Counted from the whole stretch's first letter, positions 37,073 to 49,783 are shown. The stretch: 60,931 bases of DNA, filler included, from Nemertoderma westbladi (GCA_032718475.1; 4 parts of 4 records of this genome joined end to end with filler, not necessarily neighbours in it), one strand, 5' to 3'. Notes: generated by a model not told the origin, from the letters alone. Program-made: numbers and translations.

Positions 37073-37172
37073 NNNNNNNNNNNNNNNNNNNNNNNNNNNN
37101 NNNNNNNNNNNNNNNNTTAATTAATTAANNNNNNNNNNNNNNNNNNNNNNNNNNNNNNNNNNNNNNNNNNNN
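37073..37172. other. Assembly spacer (N44-TTAATTAATTAA-N44)
   Basis: Six-frame stop linker. Confidence 0.95.
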
Positions 37173-38625
37173 CACTCACTCCCTCACTTCCCTCACTCAC
37201 TCCTCACTTCCCTCACTTCCCTCACTTCCCTCACTCACTCCCTCACTTCCCTCACTCACTCCCTCACTTCCCTCACTTCCCTCACTCACTCCCTCACTTC
37301 CCTCACTTCCCTCACTCACTTCCCTCACTCACTCCCTCACTTCCCTCACTCCCACTCCCTCACTTCCCTCACTTCCCTCACTTCCCTCACTTCCCTCACT
37401 TCCCTCACTTCCCTCACTCACTCCCTCACTTCCCTCACTTCCCTCACTTCCCTCACTTCCCTCACTTCCCTCACTTCCCTCACTTCCCTCACTTCCCTCA
37501 CTTCCCTCACTTCCCTCACTTCCCTCACTTCCCTCACTTCCCTCACTTCCCTCACTTCCCTCACTTCCCTCACTTCCCTCACTTCCCTCACTTCCCTCAC
37601 TTCCCTCACTTCCCTCACTTCCCTCACTTCCCTCACTTCCCTCACTTCCCTCACTTCCCTCACTTCCCTCACTTCCCTCACTTCCCTCACTTCCCTCACT
37701 TCCCTCACTTCCCTCACTCACTCCCTCACTTCCCTCACTCACTCCCTCACTTCCCTCACTTCCCTCACTTCCCTCACTTCCCTCACTCACTCCCTCACTT
37801 CCCTCACTTCCCTCACTTCCCTCACTTCCCTCACTTCCCTCACTTCCCTCACTTCCCTCACTTCCCTCACTTCCCTCACTTCCCTCACTTCCCTCACTTC
37901 CCTCACTTCCCTCACTTCCCTCACTTCCCTCACTTCCCTCACTTCCCTCACTTCCCTCACTCACTCCCTCACTTCCCTCACTCACTCCCTCACTTCCCTC
38001 ACTTCCCTCACTCACTCCCTCACTTCCCTCACTCACTCCCTCACTTCCCTCACTCACTCCCTCACTTCCCTCACTTCCCTCACTTCCCTCACTTCCCTCA
38101 TTTCCCTCACTTCCCTCACTTCCCTCACTTCCCTCACTTCCCTCACTTCCCTCACTTCCCTCACTTCCCTCACTTCCCTCACTTCCCTCACTTCCCTCAC
38201 TTCCCTCACTTCCCTCCACTCACTTCCCTCACTTCCCTCACTTCCCTCACTTCCCTCACTTCCCTCACTTCCCTCACTTCCCTCACTTCCCTCACTTCCC
38301 TCACTCACTCCCTCACTTCCCTCACTTCCCTCACTTCCCTCACTCACTCCCTCACTTCCCTCACTTCCCTCACTTCCCTCACTTCCCTCACTTCCCTCAC
38401 TTCCCTCACTTCCCTCACTTCCCTCACTCACTCCCTCACTTCCCTCACTTCCCTCACTCCCTCACTCACTCCCTCACTTCCCTCACTTCCCTCACTCACT
38501 CCCTCACTTCCCTCACTTCCCTCACTTCCCTCACTCCTCCCTCACTTCCCTCACTCCTCCCTCACTTCCCTCACTCACTCCCTCACTTCCCTCACTTCCC
38601 TCACTTCCCTCACTTCCCTCACTTC
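37173..38625. repeat. 9-bp pyrimidine-rich minisatellite (CCCTCACTT)n with 12-bp variants
   Basis: Direct inspection; G-free on the plus strand. Confidence 0.98.
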
Positions 38626-38997
38626 TGTATACTAGCTTTGACTCTCCCAGCTATAGTGATAGTATGCAACCTTGGGAGTTAATGTGCGGTCTTACGAGTA
38701 AATGTCAAGAGATTAGACTTCATGTTGCCTCCATTGATTCACTCTTCTTAACTTTATAAAATAACTCCACCCTTATTTAAAGTTTTAAAAATTATGACTT
38801 AGTCGACTAATTTTCCAAAATATATTATAAAAACATATAATTTCTTGAATAAATAGACCTAATAGTAATAAATATTGTTGGCAAATACATTTATAATACT
38901 AATATAATAATTAGGGATAAATAATCCTAATACTAATATAAATGTTATGGATAAATAGTCCTAATACTATTATGAAAGGAACTCAAACAAACAAATG

Positions 38998-39966
38998 TCA
39001 ATAGCGTCGTCCTGCGCGAGCAAATACTGTACGAGAGTTTGATGTTATAGGTCTTCGAAAATAAGTAAAAGCTGGTTGATTTTCTTTAATTTCATCTTCC
39101 TCATTAACCAACTGTTTCTTAATTTCATTCAATTGTTCATTCATTTTCAGTAATTTACTTTTATTTCCCAGAACCTGTCTTAATATCTCTTCTCTATTTT
39201 CCTCATTTTCTTCCATTTGTTTAATAAATTTCCGTATTTGATTTTTGTTTCCTAATATTTGTCTCAATATCTCTTCTTTATTTTCATCATTCTCTTCTAA
39301 ATGTTTAATAATTTTCCGCAATTTATTCTTATTTCCAAGTAATTGTCTCAATATTTCCTTATTATTATCATTTTCATCATCTTCTTCACTTTCCTGACCT
39401 TCACTTTCTTCGTCCTCTTCATGACCTTCACTTTCTTCATCCTCTTTCTGACCTTCACTTTCGTCATCCTCTTCCCCGCCTTCACTTTCTTCATCGTCTT
39501 CCTGACCTTCGCTTTCTTCATTCTCTTCCTGACCTTCGCTATCTTCACCCTCTTCCTGACCTTCACTTTCTTCGTCATCTTCCTGACCTTCACTCACTTC
39601 GTTCTCAACCTCACTCTCTTCAACTTCATCCTGACCCTCACTATTTTCATTCTCCATCTCATCGTCCTCTTCTTCTTCACTTTCCTCACTCAAATTTTCA
39701 TCATTTTCTAGGGGTAACTGTTTTTGTATCCTTTTCAAAATATTCATAACTTTATGAAATTTATTTTCCGTTGTCTGTTTTATCTTTAATATATCACGCT
39801 CAACTCTCTTTTTCTTTTCATCTTCACTAAAAATATCTTCGGATTTTTTAAATTTCTTTGGTAATGGATCCATTAGTTTATCCTTTCTATGTCTTTCCAT
39901 GTGACGAGATAGATTGTCTTGTCTCATTTCTTTATTACAAACCAAACATTTTTCATAACTAGGCAT
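38998..39966 (-). CDS. Intronless 322-aa protein: N-terminal C2H2 finger, acidic ESEGQE repeats, three 28-aa coiled-coil repeats
   Basis: CLVC-x12-HMERH; (ESEGQEDDE)-like repeats; EILRQ(L/I/V)LGNK x3; ATG start and upstream TATA/Inr. Confidence 0.75.
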   Translation of the reverse strand: MPSYEKCLVCNKEMRQDNLSRHMERHRKDKLMDPLPKKFKKSEDIFSEDEKKKRVERDILKIKQTTENKFHKVMNILKRIQKQLPLENDENLSEESEEEEDDEMENENSEGQDEVEESEVENEVSEGQEDDEESEGQEEGEDSEGQEENEESEGQEDDEESEGGEEDDESEGQKEDEESEGHEEDEESEGQESEEDDENDNNKEILRQLLGNKNKLRKIIKHLEENDENKEEILRQILGNKNQIRKFIKQMEENEENREEILRQVLGNKSKLLKMNEQLNEIKKQLVNEEDEIKENQPAFTYFRRPITSNSRTVFARAGRRY

Positions 39967-40077
39967 TATATAGCAATGTCAATTGATATTATGAGTTTTC
40001 GATAAATGATTTTACATAATTTTAAATAAATAAAACTTTTATGAAAATAAATAAAACTTTTAAAAATAAAAATTAGA

Positions 40078-40113
40078 GAATGAATGGGAATGCGGTGACT
40101 GGGGGCTTTTATA
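40078..40113 (-). promoter_or_regulatory. TATA box plus initiator for the C2H2 ORF
   Basis: TATAAAA (40113-40107) about 32 nt upstream of TCATTC (40083-40078). Confidence 0.55.
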
Positions 40114-40985
40114 GAGGGAGGTTAGAATGGAGTTGTGAAAGAAGAATAATCTATTGCCATACCAGATGTTTATTCTAATTTCTTGGATGAATTGATATAA
40201 TAACGAAGCTGTGGGTATGAATAATTTAAGCTCTATCGCAAGCCCCATTCACGCAGGCCCCATTCACGCATTGATGATTGGGTTAGTCATGCTATACGGT
40301 TAATAAGAGCCCGAGCAGCCATAGATTATTGAGGGATGACTCGGGGCTAAACTGGGGCCACTTTATTTTGGTGAAAGGGTATATTTATGTTTTGGGCCTC
40401 GATTGCGTCTTTATATTTAATTCTATCATTTTATTGTACGGCAAAAATAATACAAATGTATTGTATATTGTATTGTATATTTCGTTTGTTATAGTACAAT
40501 TTATTCATCTCGCGTCCCCCTATCTGATTGATTTGTATCAAATTAAATTGCCTTTGGCAACATTATTTGATACGAATCGATTGATTAAACAATTAATTAA
40601 TTGTTTAATCGACCAATTAATTAATTGGTTAATTAATTAATGATCTACTTAACACCCAAGGTGTGAAGTGGGTCTAACTGTCGCCGAGGGTGGCATACTA
40701 TTACTACTTTCAGTCTCTTCTAAAACTTATTGGAAATTCTAACTGCAAAATAAATAATAAAAACGTTAAAGTAAATTATTTTATAGTAAAAAACTATATT
40801 TATTCCGGAACTCATTATTATTAATCAGGAACTTTTCACCCAAATATCATATATTTTATTTATATTTTAATATTTTTTATAATTAATTTTTTACATTATA
40901 TATTTTATAATTAAATGTAAAAGTTAGTTTTCAACGCAACTCTATTGAAATTATTTAGTAATTTTATATAAAACTTACAGTTTTA

Positions 40986-41642
40986 CTAAATCAAAATCTT
41001 CATTTCAACTCGAGAAGCCGGATTCCATTCAGTAAAAGAACCCCAACAAGGTCCTTTCTTATCCCCCGCACCATATTCTCCGTTCAAGTTACTGTACCCG
41101 CAGCGCCTGTACCACCACGACCCAGTACGTTCTACGGCGCAGTTGGAGCCCCACCCGTCATTATCGCTGTCTTTGGTAGAGAATGGATACCCGTTGGAAT
41201 ACTCCAATGAGTCACCAGCAGTACCATGGTAACCGGATACATTTAGGCGATAATTAGTTGCAGCTGATCCGATAGAGAAGTTGTTGTATTCCGCGTATTT
41301 GTGTTCGTTGTTGTAATCCACCCTCTCCCATCTATCATCACCACCACCACCTTTATATCCCTTTCCAGTGAACCACAAATCGACTCTCAACTTCACCCCG
41401 CCTTCACTCAGCTTGTGGATCGTCTCCAACCCCAACCAAAAGTTGGTATTCGGGTCGCCAAATCCTTCAACATATTCATCCCAGTTGCGATAGAAGTCAA
41501 CAGATCCATCAACTCTTTGTTGAATCTTTAGCCCATCTTTCTGCTTTATTAGCCGAGGAGCCATTAGCTGATACTGTGTAATGGATGAATTCACTATCTC
41601 TGTATCATGTAACATGGAAACGAACTCTTTCAACTCTGTAAC
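40986..41642 (-). CDS. Fibrinogen-related domain (FReD) protein, exon 5 (terminal)
   Basis: Acceptor CCTAACAG; QRVDGSVDFYRNWDEYVEGFG..FWLGLE, YRLNVSGYHGTAGDSL, FSTKDSDND, NCA..GSWWYRRCGYSNLNG. Confidence 0.93.
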   Translation of the reverse strand, partial: VTELKEFVSMLHDTEIVNSSITQYQLMAPRLIKQKDGLKIQQRVDGSVDFYRNWDEYVEGFGDPNTNFWLGLETIHKLSEGGVKLRVDLWFTGKGYKGGGGDDRWERVDYNNEHKYAEYNNFSIGSAATNYRLNVSGYHGTAGDSLEYSNGYPFSTKDSDNDGWGSNCAVERTGSWWYRRCGYSNLNGEYGAGDKKGPCWGSFTEWNPASRVEMKILI

Positions 41643-42278
41643 CTGTTAGGAAATATTATTAATTGAAATTGTTTATTAAATTCTGTAAATCCTCTGCACA
41701 CATCTGATCAGTGGTTGGGTTGGAGTTCTCTAGGGAAATCATTAAACGCCGGCATTTCGACCCAACATTTAGAGCAATTAAATACTAACTATATTACGTC
41801 GTTGCCCATAAAATAGCACATTATATATAGCATTACGGCACGAGTGATTTTGTTTAGTGAAATAATAAAACGAGGGCCGTAAAAGATTTAATATGGTAAT
41901 TATGAACAACGGCGAATCTAATATTATTTATTTGTGGGAAATTATTTGTAGTTTTGCACTTAAAACTTTCTATAACAACCTAATAATGACGCGGTGACAT
42001 ACTGGATATACTGAAATACATAGTAAATGTATGGCGTAGGGACATACTGAGAAATAATGTCGCACTCCGATATAAAGTTAGGAAATATGTCGTCCTGGCG
42101 ATTTGGTAGTGCGAAATTAATTCCACACAAATAAATAAAAACATAATAATAAAACTGAAGGACTTCAACACGGCAAATAATTATGTTACAAATAATTACT
42201 GGTTAAGAAACTAACATCGTTCTTTAGCTCATTATTTACATCGACTTGGTTAGTTAGGTTTGTATTTAAATCGTTTAC

Positions 42279-42320
42279 TTGGTCACTCAACTGTGTAATA
42301 TTTCCCTTCAACTCTGTAAC
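42279..42320 (-). CDS. FReD gene exon 4 (42-nt microexon VTELKGNITQLSDQ)
   Basis: CAG acceptor, GTAAAC donor, phase 0-0, homologous to exon 3 and to the start of exon 5. Confidence 0.75.
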
Positions 42321-42498
42321 CTGCGTTAGGAAATATTTTTATAAATTTTTATTAATTCAACTCGCTTACAATATCTATGAAGTCGTATGAAGTTAAATTT
42401 AACAAATAATTATGTTACAAATAATTACTGGTTAAGCAACTAACATCGTTACTTAGCTCATTGAGTTGGTTAGTTAGGTTTGTATTTAAATCTTTTAC

Positions 42499-42540
42499 TT
42501 GGTCACACAACCCATTAATATTTCCTTCCAACTCCATAAC
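42499..42540 (-). CDS. FReD gene exon 3 (42-nt microexon VMELEGNINGLCDQ)
   Basis: CCTAACAG acceptor, GTAAAA donor, phase 0-0. Confidence 0.75.
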
Positions 42541-42662
42541 CTGTTAGGAAATATTTTTATAACTTTTATATATTGAACTCAACTTTGTCACCACTTACAA
42601 TATCTATGAAATCGCATGAAATTACATTTAAAATAATAATTTAAAATAACTAATAAACTTAC

Positions 42663-42692
42663 ATTAATGGCTCCACATTGTCCTTCATTTGC
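42663..42692 (-). CDS. FReD gene exon 2 (30 nt, ANEGQCGAIN)
   Basis: TTTTTACAG acceptor, GTAAGT donor, phase 0-0. Confidence 0.75.
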
Positions 42693-42960
42693 CTGTAAAA
42701 ATAAATAAATTATAAATAGCTCTGCCGTACAATGTAAAAAGACCGTAAGTGGCATTTTTTCAAAATTCACTTTTTCTGGGTCTAAAAAATGCGCTCTATC
42801 TAATGGTATAATCGAGAACACCATATCCACTATAGTACTCGAGATATGCAATGTAGAAAGGCCGTAAGTCACAACATATGTATAGTGTTACAAAGGAAAA
42901 AGACCGCAACTATTTAAATTACAAAAACGGTATATGTAATAACAATACAATGTAGTAACT

Positions 42961-45900
42961 TACAATGTAGTAACCAATGCCAATATATTCCTATACAGTA
43001 CAGGTAGGCCACTTTGTCCTTCTTACAATGTAGTAACCAATGCCAATATATTCCTATACAGTACAGGTAGGCCACTTTGTACTTTCTTACAATGTAGTAA
43101 CCAATGCCAATATATTCCTATACAGTACAGGTAGGCCACTTTGTCCTTCTTACAATGTAGTAACCAATGCCAATATATTCCTATACAGTACAGGTAGGCC
43201 ACTTTGTACTTTCTTACAATGTAGTAACCAATGCCAATATATTCCTATACAGTACAGGTAGGCCACTTTGTCCTTCTTACAATGTAGTAACCAATGCCAA
43301 TATATTCCTATACAGTACAGGTAGGCCACTTTGTCCTTCTTACAATGTAGTAACCAATGCCAATATATTCCTATACAGTACAGGTAGGCCACTTTGTCCT
43401 TCTTACAATGTAGTAACCAATGCCAATATATTCCTATACAGTACAGGTAGGCCACTTTGTACTCTCTTACAATGTAGTAACCAATGCCAATATATTCCTA
43501 TACAGTACAGGTAGGCCACTTTGTACTCTCACAATGTAGTAACCAATGCCAATATATTCCTATACAGTACAGGTAGGCCACTTTGTCCTTCTTACAATGT
43601 AGTAACCAATGCCAATATATTCCTATACAGTACAGGTAGGCCACTTTGTCCTTCTTACAATGTAGTAACCAATGCCAATATATTCCTATACAGTACAGGT
43701 AGGCCACTTTGTCCTTCTTACAATGTAGTAACCAATGCCAATATATTCCTATACAGTACAGGTAGGCCACTTTGTCCTTCTTACAATGTAGTAACCAATG
43801 CCAATATATTCCTATACAGTACAGGTAGGCCACTTTGTCCTTCTTACAATGTAGTAACAAATGCCAATATATTCCTATACAGTACAGGTAGGCCACTTTG
43901 TACTCTCTTACAATGTAGTAACCAATGCCAATATATTCCTATACAGTACAGGTAGGCCACTTTGTCCTTCTTACAATGTAGTAACCAATGCCAATATATT
44001 CCTATACAGTACAGGTAGGCCACTTTGTTCTCTCTTACAATGTAGTAACCAATGCCAATATATTCATATACAGTACAGATAGGCCACTTTGTCCTTTTTA
44101 CAATGTAGTAACCAATGCCAATATATTCCTATACAGTACAGGTAGGCCACTTTGTCCTTCTTACAATGTAGTAACCAATGCCAATATATTCCTATACAGT
44201 ACAGGTAGGCCACTTTGTACTCTCTTACAATGTAGTAACCAATGCCAATATATTCCTATACAGTACAGGTAGGCCACTTTGTACTCCTTCTTACAATGTA
44301 GTAACCAATGCCAATATATTCCTATACAGTACAGGTAGGCCACTTTGTCCTTCTTACAATGTAGTAACCAATGCCAATATATTCCTATACAGTACAGGTA
44401 GGCCACTTTGTCCTTCTTACAATGTAGTAACCAATGCCAATATATTCCTATACAGTACAGGTAGGCCACCTTGTCCTTCTTACAATGTAGTAACCAATGC
44501 CAATATATTCCTATACAGTACAGGTAGGCCACTTTGTCCTTCTTACAATGTAGTAACCAATGCCAATATATTCCTATACAGTACAGGTAGGCCACTTTGT
44601 ACTCTCTTACAATGTAGTAACCAATGCCAATATATTCCTATACAGTACAGGTAGGCCACTTTGTTCTCTCTTACAATGTAGTAACCAATGCCAATATATT
44701 CCTATACAGTACAGGTAGGCCACTTTGTCCTTCTTACAATGTAGTAACCAATGCCAATATATTCCTATACAGTACAGGTAGGCCACTTTGTCCTTCTTAC
44801 AATGTAGTAACCAATGCCAATATATTCCTATACAGTACAGGTAGGCCACTTTGTCCTTCTTACAATGTAGTAACCAATGCCAATATATTCCTATACAGTA
44901 CAGGTAGGCCACTTTGTCCTTCTTACAATGTAGTAACCAATGCCAATATATTCCTATACAGTACAGGTAGGCCACTTTGTACTCTCTTACAATGTAGTAA
45001 CCAATGCCAATATATTCCTATACAGTACAGGTAGGCCACTTTGTTCTCTCTTACAATGTAGTAACCAATGCCAATATATTCCTATACAGTACAGGTAGGC
45101 CACTTTGTCCTTCTTACAATGTAGTAACCAATGCCAATATATTCCTATACAGTACAGGTAGGCCACTTTGTCCTTCTTACAATGTAGTAACCAATGCCAA
45201 TATATTCCTATACAGTACAGGTAGGCCACTTTGTCCTTCTTACAATGTAGTAACCAATGCCAATATATTCCTATACAGTACAGGTAGGCCACTTTGTCCT
45301 TCTTACAATGTAGTAACCAATGCCAATATATTCCTATACAGTACAGGTAGGCCACTTTGTCCTTCTTACAATGTAGTAACCAATGCCAATATATTCCTAT
45401 ACAGTACAGGTAGGCCACTTTGTACTCTCTTACAATGTAGTAACCAATGCCAATATATTCCTATACAGTACAGGTAGGCCACTTTGTTCTCTCTTACAAT
45501 GTAGTAACCAATGCCAATATATTCCTATACAGTACAGGTAGGCCACTTTGTCCTTCTTACAATGTAGTAACCAATGCCAATATATTCCTATACAGTACAG
45601 GTAGGCCACTTTGTCCTTCTTACAATGTAGTAACCAATGCCAATATATTCCTATACAGTACAGGTAGGCCACTTTGTCCTTCTTACAATGTAGTAACCAA
45701 TGCCAATATATTCCTATACAGTACAGGTAGGCCACTTTGTCCTTCTTACAATGTAGTAACCAATGCCAATATATTCCTATACAGTACAGGTAGGCCACTT
45801 TGTACTCTCTTACAATGTAGTAACCAATGCCAATATATTCCTATACAGTACAGGTAGGCCACTTTGTTCTCTCTTACAATGTAGTAACCAATGCCAATAT

Positions 45901-48729
45901 ATTCCTATACAGTACAGGTAGGCCACTTTGTCCTTCTTACAATGTAGTAACCAATGCCAATATATTCCTATACAGTACAGGTAGGCCACTTTGTCCTTCT
46001 TACAATGTAGTAACCAATGCCAATATATATTCCTATACAGTACAGGTAGGCCACTTTGTCCTTCTTACAATGTAGTAACCAATGCCAATATATTCCTATA
46101 CAGTACAGGTAGGCCACTTTGTACTCTCTTACAATGTAGTAACCAATGCCAATATATTCCTATACAGTACAGGTAGGCCACTTTGTACTCCCTTACAATG
46201 TAGTAACCAATGCCAATATATTCCTATACAGTACAGGTAGGCCACTTTGTACTCTCTTACAATGTAGTAACCAATGCCAATATATTCCTATACAGTACAG
46301 GTAGGCCACTTTGTCCTTCTTACAATGTAGTAACCAATGCCAATATATTCCTATACAGTACAGGTAGGCCACTTTGTACTCTCTTACAATGTAGTAACCA
46401 ATGCCAATCTATTCCTATACAGTACAGGTAGGCCACTTTGTCCTTCTTACAATGTAGTAATCAATGCCAATATATTCCTATACAGTACAGGTAGGCCACT
46501 TTGTACTCTCTTACAATGTAGTAACCAATGCCAATATATTCCTATACAGTACAGGTAGGCCACTTTGTACTCTCTTACAATGTAGTAACCAATGCCAATA
46601 TATTCCTATACAGTACAGGTAGGCCACTTTGTACTCTCTTACAATGTAGTAACCAATGCCAATATATTCCTATACAGTACAGGTAGGCCACTTTGTACTC
46701 CTTCTTACAATGTAGTAACCAATGCCAATATATTCCTATACAGTACAGGTAGGCCACTTTGTCCTTCTTACAATGTAGTAACCAATGCCAATATATTCCT
46801 ATACAGTACAGGTAGGCCACTTTGTCCTTCTTACAATGTAGTAACCAATGCCAATATATTCCTATACAGTACAGGTAGGCCACTTTGTCCTTCTTACAAT
46901 GTAGTAACCAATGCCAATATATTCCTATACAGTACAGGTAGGCCACTTTGTCCTTCTTACAATGTAGTAACCAATGCCAATATATTCCTATACAGTACAG
47001 GTAGGCCACTTTGTACTCTCTTACAATGTAGTAACCAATGCCAATATATTCCTATACAGTACAGGTAGGCCACTTTGTTCTCTCTTACAATGTAGTAACC
47101 AATGCCAATATATTCCTATACAGTACAGGTAGGCCACTTTGTCCTTCTTACAATGTAGTAACCAATGCCAATATATTCCTATACAGTACAGGTAGGCCAC
47201 TTTGTCCTTCTTACAATGTAGTAACCAATGCCAATATATTCCTATACAGTACAGGTAGGCCACTTTGTCCTTCTTACAATGTAGTAACCAATGCCAATAT
47301 ATTCCTATACAGTACAGGTAGGCCACTTTGTACTCTCTTACAATGTAGTAACCAATGCCAATATATTCCTATACAGTACAGGTAGGCCACTTTGTCCTTC
47401 TTACTACTACTACTACTAGGATCGGCATGCTGCATTGCAGCTGCATTTTTAAGAATGCTGTGCCGGCTTGTCAACAAAATTGCACCGCCACAACTCCCTA
47501 TCACCCATGACATTTGCTAGATCATCCGCATCTTTAAGGCCAGTGTCCTTTAAGATGCGTCTCAAGAAAGTCATGGGCTGTCCACCATGCTTATTCACTC
47601 CATGAGGCTGCCAAAGTACAAGATTATGCACTGGCTGGTCCTCACGGCGAAAGCAATGTCCTGCAAAGCGGAGGCGGTTTTGTTCTAGTGTCAAGCTTGG
47701 GGGAACCAATGAGACACCTCCAATGTTATATAGTGTCTGGTTGGAGATGTGTGCATTGTACTTGACACAATGAACCCGGCGTAGCATTCTTGTGAATGTG
47801 CCATCCAGAGATTTGGTGTCCTCAGCAGTTAGAGCCCAGCATGGACTCCCATAGAGGAGTACTGGAACTACTGCTGCTCTAAATAATCGGACCTTAAGTT
47901 TCCGATTAATTCTCGGTGATTTCCAAATCCTGGAAAGCCTATTCAAGGCTGCCCATGCCTTTCCCTTACGTATTCGAAGGTCCTCACCTGACTTCCGGAT
48001 CCATGATCCCAGGTAACAGAAGTCGTCCACATGCTCAAGCATACCATCCTTTGAGCTTATGCTCATCTGATCAGAGACTTGCTGAGGACTTTCAAAGTTA
48101 ACGGTCAGAATTTTGGTCTTTCTGGAGTTAATAAAAAGACCAACACTAGAAGCAGCATGTTCTAATGAGCTGAGGAGCCGTTGGGCTCCCTCTAATGATT
48201 CTGAGAGTACTCCTAAGTCATCAGCAAAGTCTAGATCAGTTAGGTACTTGGCAGGATTTCCTCGACTTCTGGAGCCAGTCCTTCTTGTCCTTCTTACAAT
48301 GTAGTAACCAATGCCAATATATTCCTATACAGTACAGGTAGGCCACTTTGTACTCTCTTACAATGTAGTAACCAATGCCAATATATTCCTATACAGTACA
48401 GGTAGGCCACTTTGTTCTCTCTTACAATGTAGTAACCAATGCCAATATATTCCTATACAGTACAGGTAGGCCACTTTGTCCTTCTTACAATGTAGTAACC
48501 AATGCCAATATATTCCTATACAGTACAGGTAGGCCACTTTGTCCTTCTTACAATGTACAGTAGTAACCAATGCCAATATATATTCCTATACAGTACAGGT
48601 AGGCCACTTTGTCCTTCTTACAATGTAGTAACCAATGCCAATATATTCCTATACAGTACAGGTAGGCCACTTTGTACTCTCTTACAATGTAGTAACCAAT
48701 GCCAATATATTCCTATACAGTACAGGTAG
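42961..48729. repeat. 63/64-bp tandem satellite with higher-order structure
   Basis: Unit TTACAATGTAGTAACCAATGCCAATATATTCCTATACAGTACAGGTAGGCCACTTTGTCCTTC, about 75 units, interrupted by a LINE. Confidence 0.98.
47402..48277 (-). mobile_element. 5'-truncated RTE-clade LINE inserted in the satellite
   Basis: DLDFADD, VDDFCYLGSWI, VLLYGS, RLRFAGHCFR; (TAG)n tail; GTCCTTCTT on both sides. Confidence 0.9.
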
Positions 48730-49783
48730 GTAAAAAAAACCGAACAAAAAAACAAGACTTTCGGTGTTTTGTCATTGAATAGATAATAAGAAAACGCAAA
48801 TACGGTTTTATTGAAATATGTGTCTTGAAATATGTAGTTACATATAGGTTGTACAATGCAAAAATACCGTAAGTACAAAAAATAACTCTGACGTCAAAAT
48901 ATTAACGGAAAGTGAAAAATAATCACGTAGAAAAATTTCCCACCCCCAATCGCGTAGGGTAGGGTTATAAAAAAATTTTAATTTACGGACATTTTAAACC
49001 AACAATCTCGAAATGACTTGTTGTCACTTGCGGTCTTTTCACATTACACGGCAGAGCTATTGATGAAATAATAATACATCTATTTACTAAATAAATAATA
49101 ATACTGGTTAAGTTATTAAGTGTTATCATCGCTAATATTATTTTACATGCTACTCCAAAAAGTGGGCCTGTCATAGAAAATGTTGAAAAATCCACCACAT
49201 ATTACAAAATTACAAGAAAACTGATATGAGTTGGGGTACAATTGGTGTGGGGACAATGGGACAACAAATGTGGACATGGGAATAAGACGTGGCCAGGGAA
49301 ACAGACCTGGACAGACGGATATCCAACGCGACATGGGGAGACCTGTTATGGACAAGGTGACACCAAATGGTGGAGACGGGGATAACCTATACGGACAACT
49401 AGACAACTAAAAAGGACAACTGAACAACCAATAAGGATATCCGGACAGATCAGACAGGGAGAGGCCATAATAATAGCAAACCAGTCTGCAATACTCGGAC
49501 AAAAACAAAAATAAATGTGAACTGAATAACTAACAGACAGTTTGTGAGACAGTCAAACAGCTGTTGGCTACAGTCATGTCAGCGTTGTCACTCTCTCTAG
49601 GATGCTATCCGTTTAAATACAATTTCTGTTTGTGGAATAATTCTGTGAGAAAACATTTTTTTTTTGTTTTGATGAATAAATCTAACATCCTTAATAAAGG
49701 GTTTTTTATTCAAGTGAGCAAATCATTAAAATGAATAATTCAGATAACAACGCTAAATGACTTTATGAATTAAATTAACTTAC

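Larger units (their letters stand above)
42719..49057. mobile_element. MITE (same family as 394-879) carrying an internal satellite
   Basis: TIRs GCTCTGCCGTACAATGTAAAAAGACCG / CGGTCTTTTCACATTACACGGCAGAGC, TA on both sides. Confidence 0.85.

Noticed and set aside
37329-38431. SEG / EVR repeat proteins
   Set aside because: Translations of a 9-bp minisatellite with non-ATG or incidental starts
43040-48729. Dozens of repetitive ORFs on both strands of the 63-bp array
   Set aside because: Satellite artefacts, broken by 64-bp units
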